Source: Geobacter sulfurreducens PCA (GTDB taxonomy: Bacteria; Desulfobacterota; Desulfuromonadia; Geobacterales; Geobacteraceae). Taken from it: a stretch of 32,000 nucleotides of DNA. The stretch spans positions 3,150,001 through 3,182,000 of the forward strand of contig NC_002939.5 in the NCBI RefSeq assembly GCF_000007985.2, written 5' to 3'. The position numbers and the translations under genes are program-made. The notes beneath the pieces are model-generated. The model was not told the origin of the DNA and made no database searches. It saw only the letters and a list, made by a program, of their open reading frames with translations. Shown here one piece after another: positions 31,447-32,000 of this stretch. The first letter of the stretch is position 1. The number at the start of each line of letters is the position of its first letter.

Positions 31447-32000
31447 TCAGTAACTGCCGGCCGCCTCCAGCAGCTTCGCGATTCCGTCCATCCCCCTGGC
31501 CCGGGCCACGTCCAGGGCCGACTTTCCGTCAGCGGTCCGGACAGAGACATCCGCCTTGCGCTCCAGCAACGCCCTGACGATTTCCTCGTTACCCTCGGCA
31601 ACGGCAATCAGCAGGGCGGTGACGCCGTGCCTGTTCCGGACAGCAACGTCCGCCCCGGCATCGATCAGGAACCGTGCGATATCAGTCCGGTTTTGAGCCA
31701 GGGCAAACATGAGCGCGGTATCCCCGTCCCTGTGCACCGCATTGATGTCGGCCTTTGCTCCCACCAGGAATTTCACCACCGCCAGGTGGCCGTTCATGGC
31801 GGCCGCCATCAGCGGCGTGACATCCTCGACATTGCTGTTGTTGAGGTAGGCCCCACGCCCTGCCAGGTACCTGACGATCTCCGGATGTCCGTTGTGGGCC
31901 GCGATCCAGAGCGCATTGACGGCCATACTGTTCAGATAGTTCACCCAGGCACCATTGGCAACCAGCAGCTTCACCGTATCCAGGCTCCCCGCCATGGTCG
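31447..32000 (-). CDS. Ankyrin-repeat protein (5' end probably beyond the right edge)
   Basis: It contains five or more ankyrin repeats (G..LN......T.L..AA..GH..VV..L...GA..N). The first M in the track (31995) falls inside a repeat helix (GSLDTVKLLVANGAWVN), and the frame stays open to the window edge. Confidence 0.85.
   Translation of the reverse strand, partial: TMAGSLDTVKLLVANGAWVNYLNSMAVNALWIAAHNGHPEIVRYLAGRGAYLNNSNVEDVTPLMAAAMNGHLAVVKFLVGAKADINAVHRDGDTALMFALAQNRTDIARFLIDAGADVAVRNRHGVTALLIAVAEGNEEIVRALLERKADVSVRTADGKSALDVARARGMDGIAKLLEAAGSY

Noticed and set aside
31398-31607. Seventy-codon upstream extension of the Cys-rich protein ORF, overlapping the 3' end of the ankyrin gene.
   Set aside because: The internal ATG at 31397 has a GGGAGG SD and starts a canonical signal peptide. 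The extension overlaps the ankyrin coding region in another frame.

Overview
This is a GC-rich, Geobacter-like (Desulfuromonadales-type) chromosomal segment, transcribed almost entirely on the minus strand. The left 5.6 kb is housekeeping: the 5' part of ygiQ, then argC, rpsI, rplM, truA, asd and leuB. From about 5.7 to 29.5 kb lies a c-type cytochrome island, described here in minus-strand order from right to left. (i) An operon encodes a LuxE-like adenylating enzyme, a possible small ORF, a ResB/CcsA (System II) pair, a His-rich small membrane protein and a B12-binding radical SAM enzyme, and ends in a terminator. (ii) Next come a 27-haem cytochrome, built from nine 67-aa tri-haem modules plus a PKD domain and a beta-rich C-terminal domain, and a 7-haem cytochrome, followed by a terminator. 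(iii) Two tandem GEMM-I-type riboswitch units, each with its own terminator, have a sigma54-like promoter between them. (iv) A secreted protein combines an NHL propeller, an Ig-like array and a dockerin-like C-terminus. It is followed by three giant paralogous cytochromes that mix CxxCH and CxxxxCH sites (27, 24 and 18 motifs), then a second ResB/CcsA pair. By my hand count the five cytochromes carry about 103 haem-attachment motifs. The right end encodes a Sel1-repeat protein (plus strand), a Cys-rich secreted protein and an ankyrin-repeat protein that runs off the window. I saw no rRNA, tRNA, CRISPR array or transposase/integrase. The best candidate for an undescribed system is the accessory ResB/CcsA + B12-rSAM + LuxE-like + His-rich membrane protein operon beside cytochromes with non-canonical CxxxxCH sites. 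The tandem riboswitch control of the NHL/cytochrome operon is also notable. All family assignments come from reading the sequence and from memory of family motifs; no searches were run.
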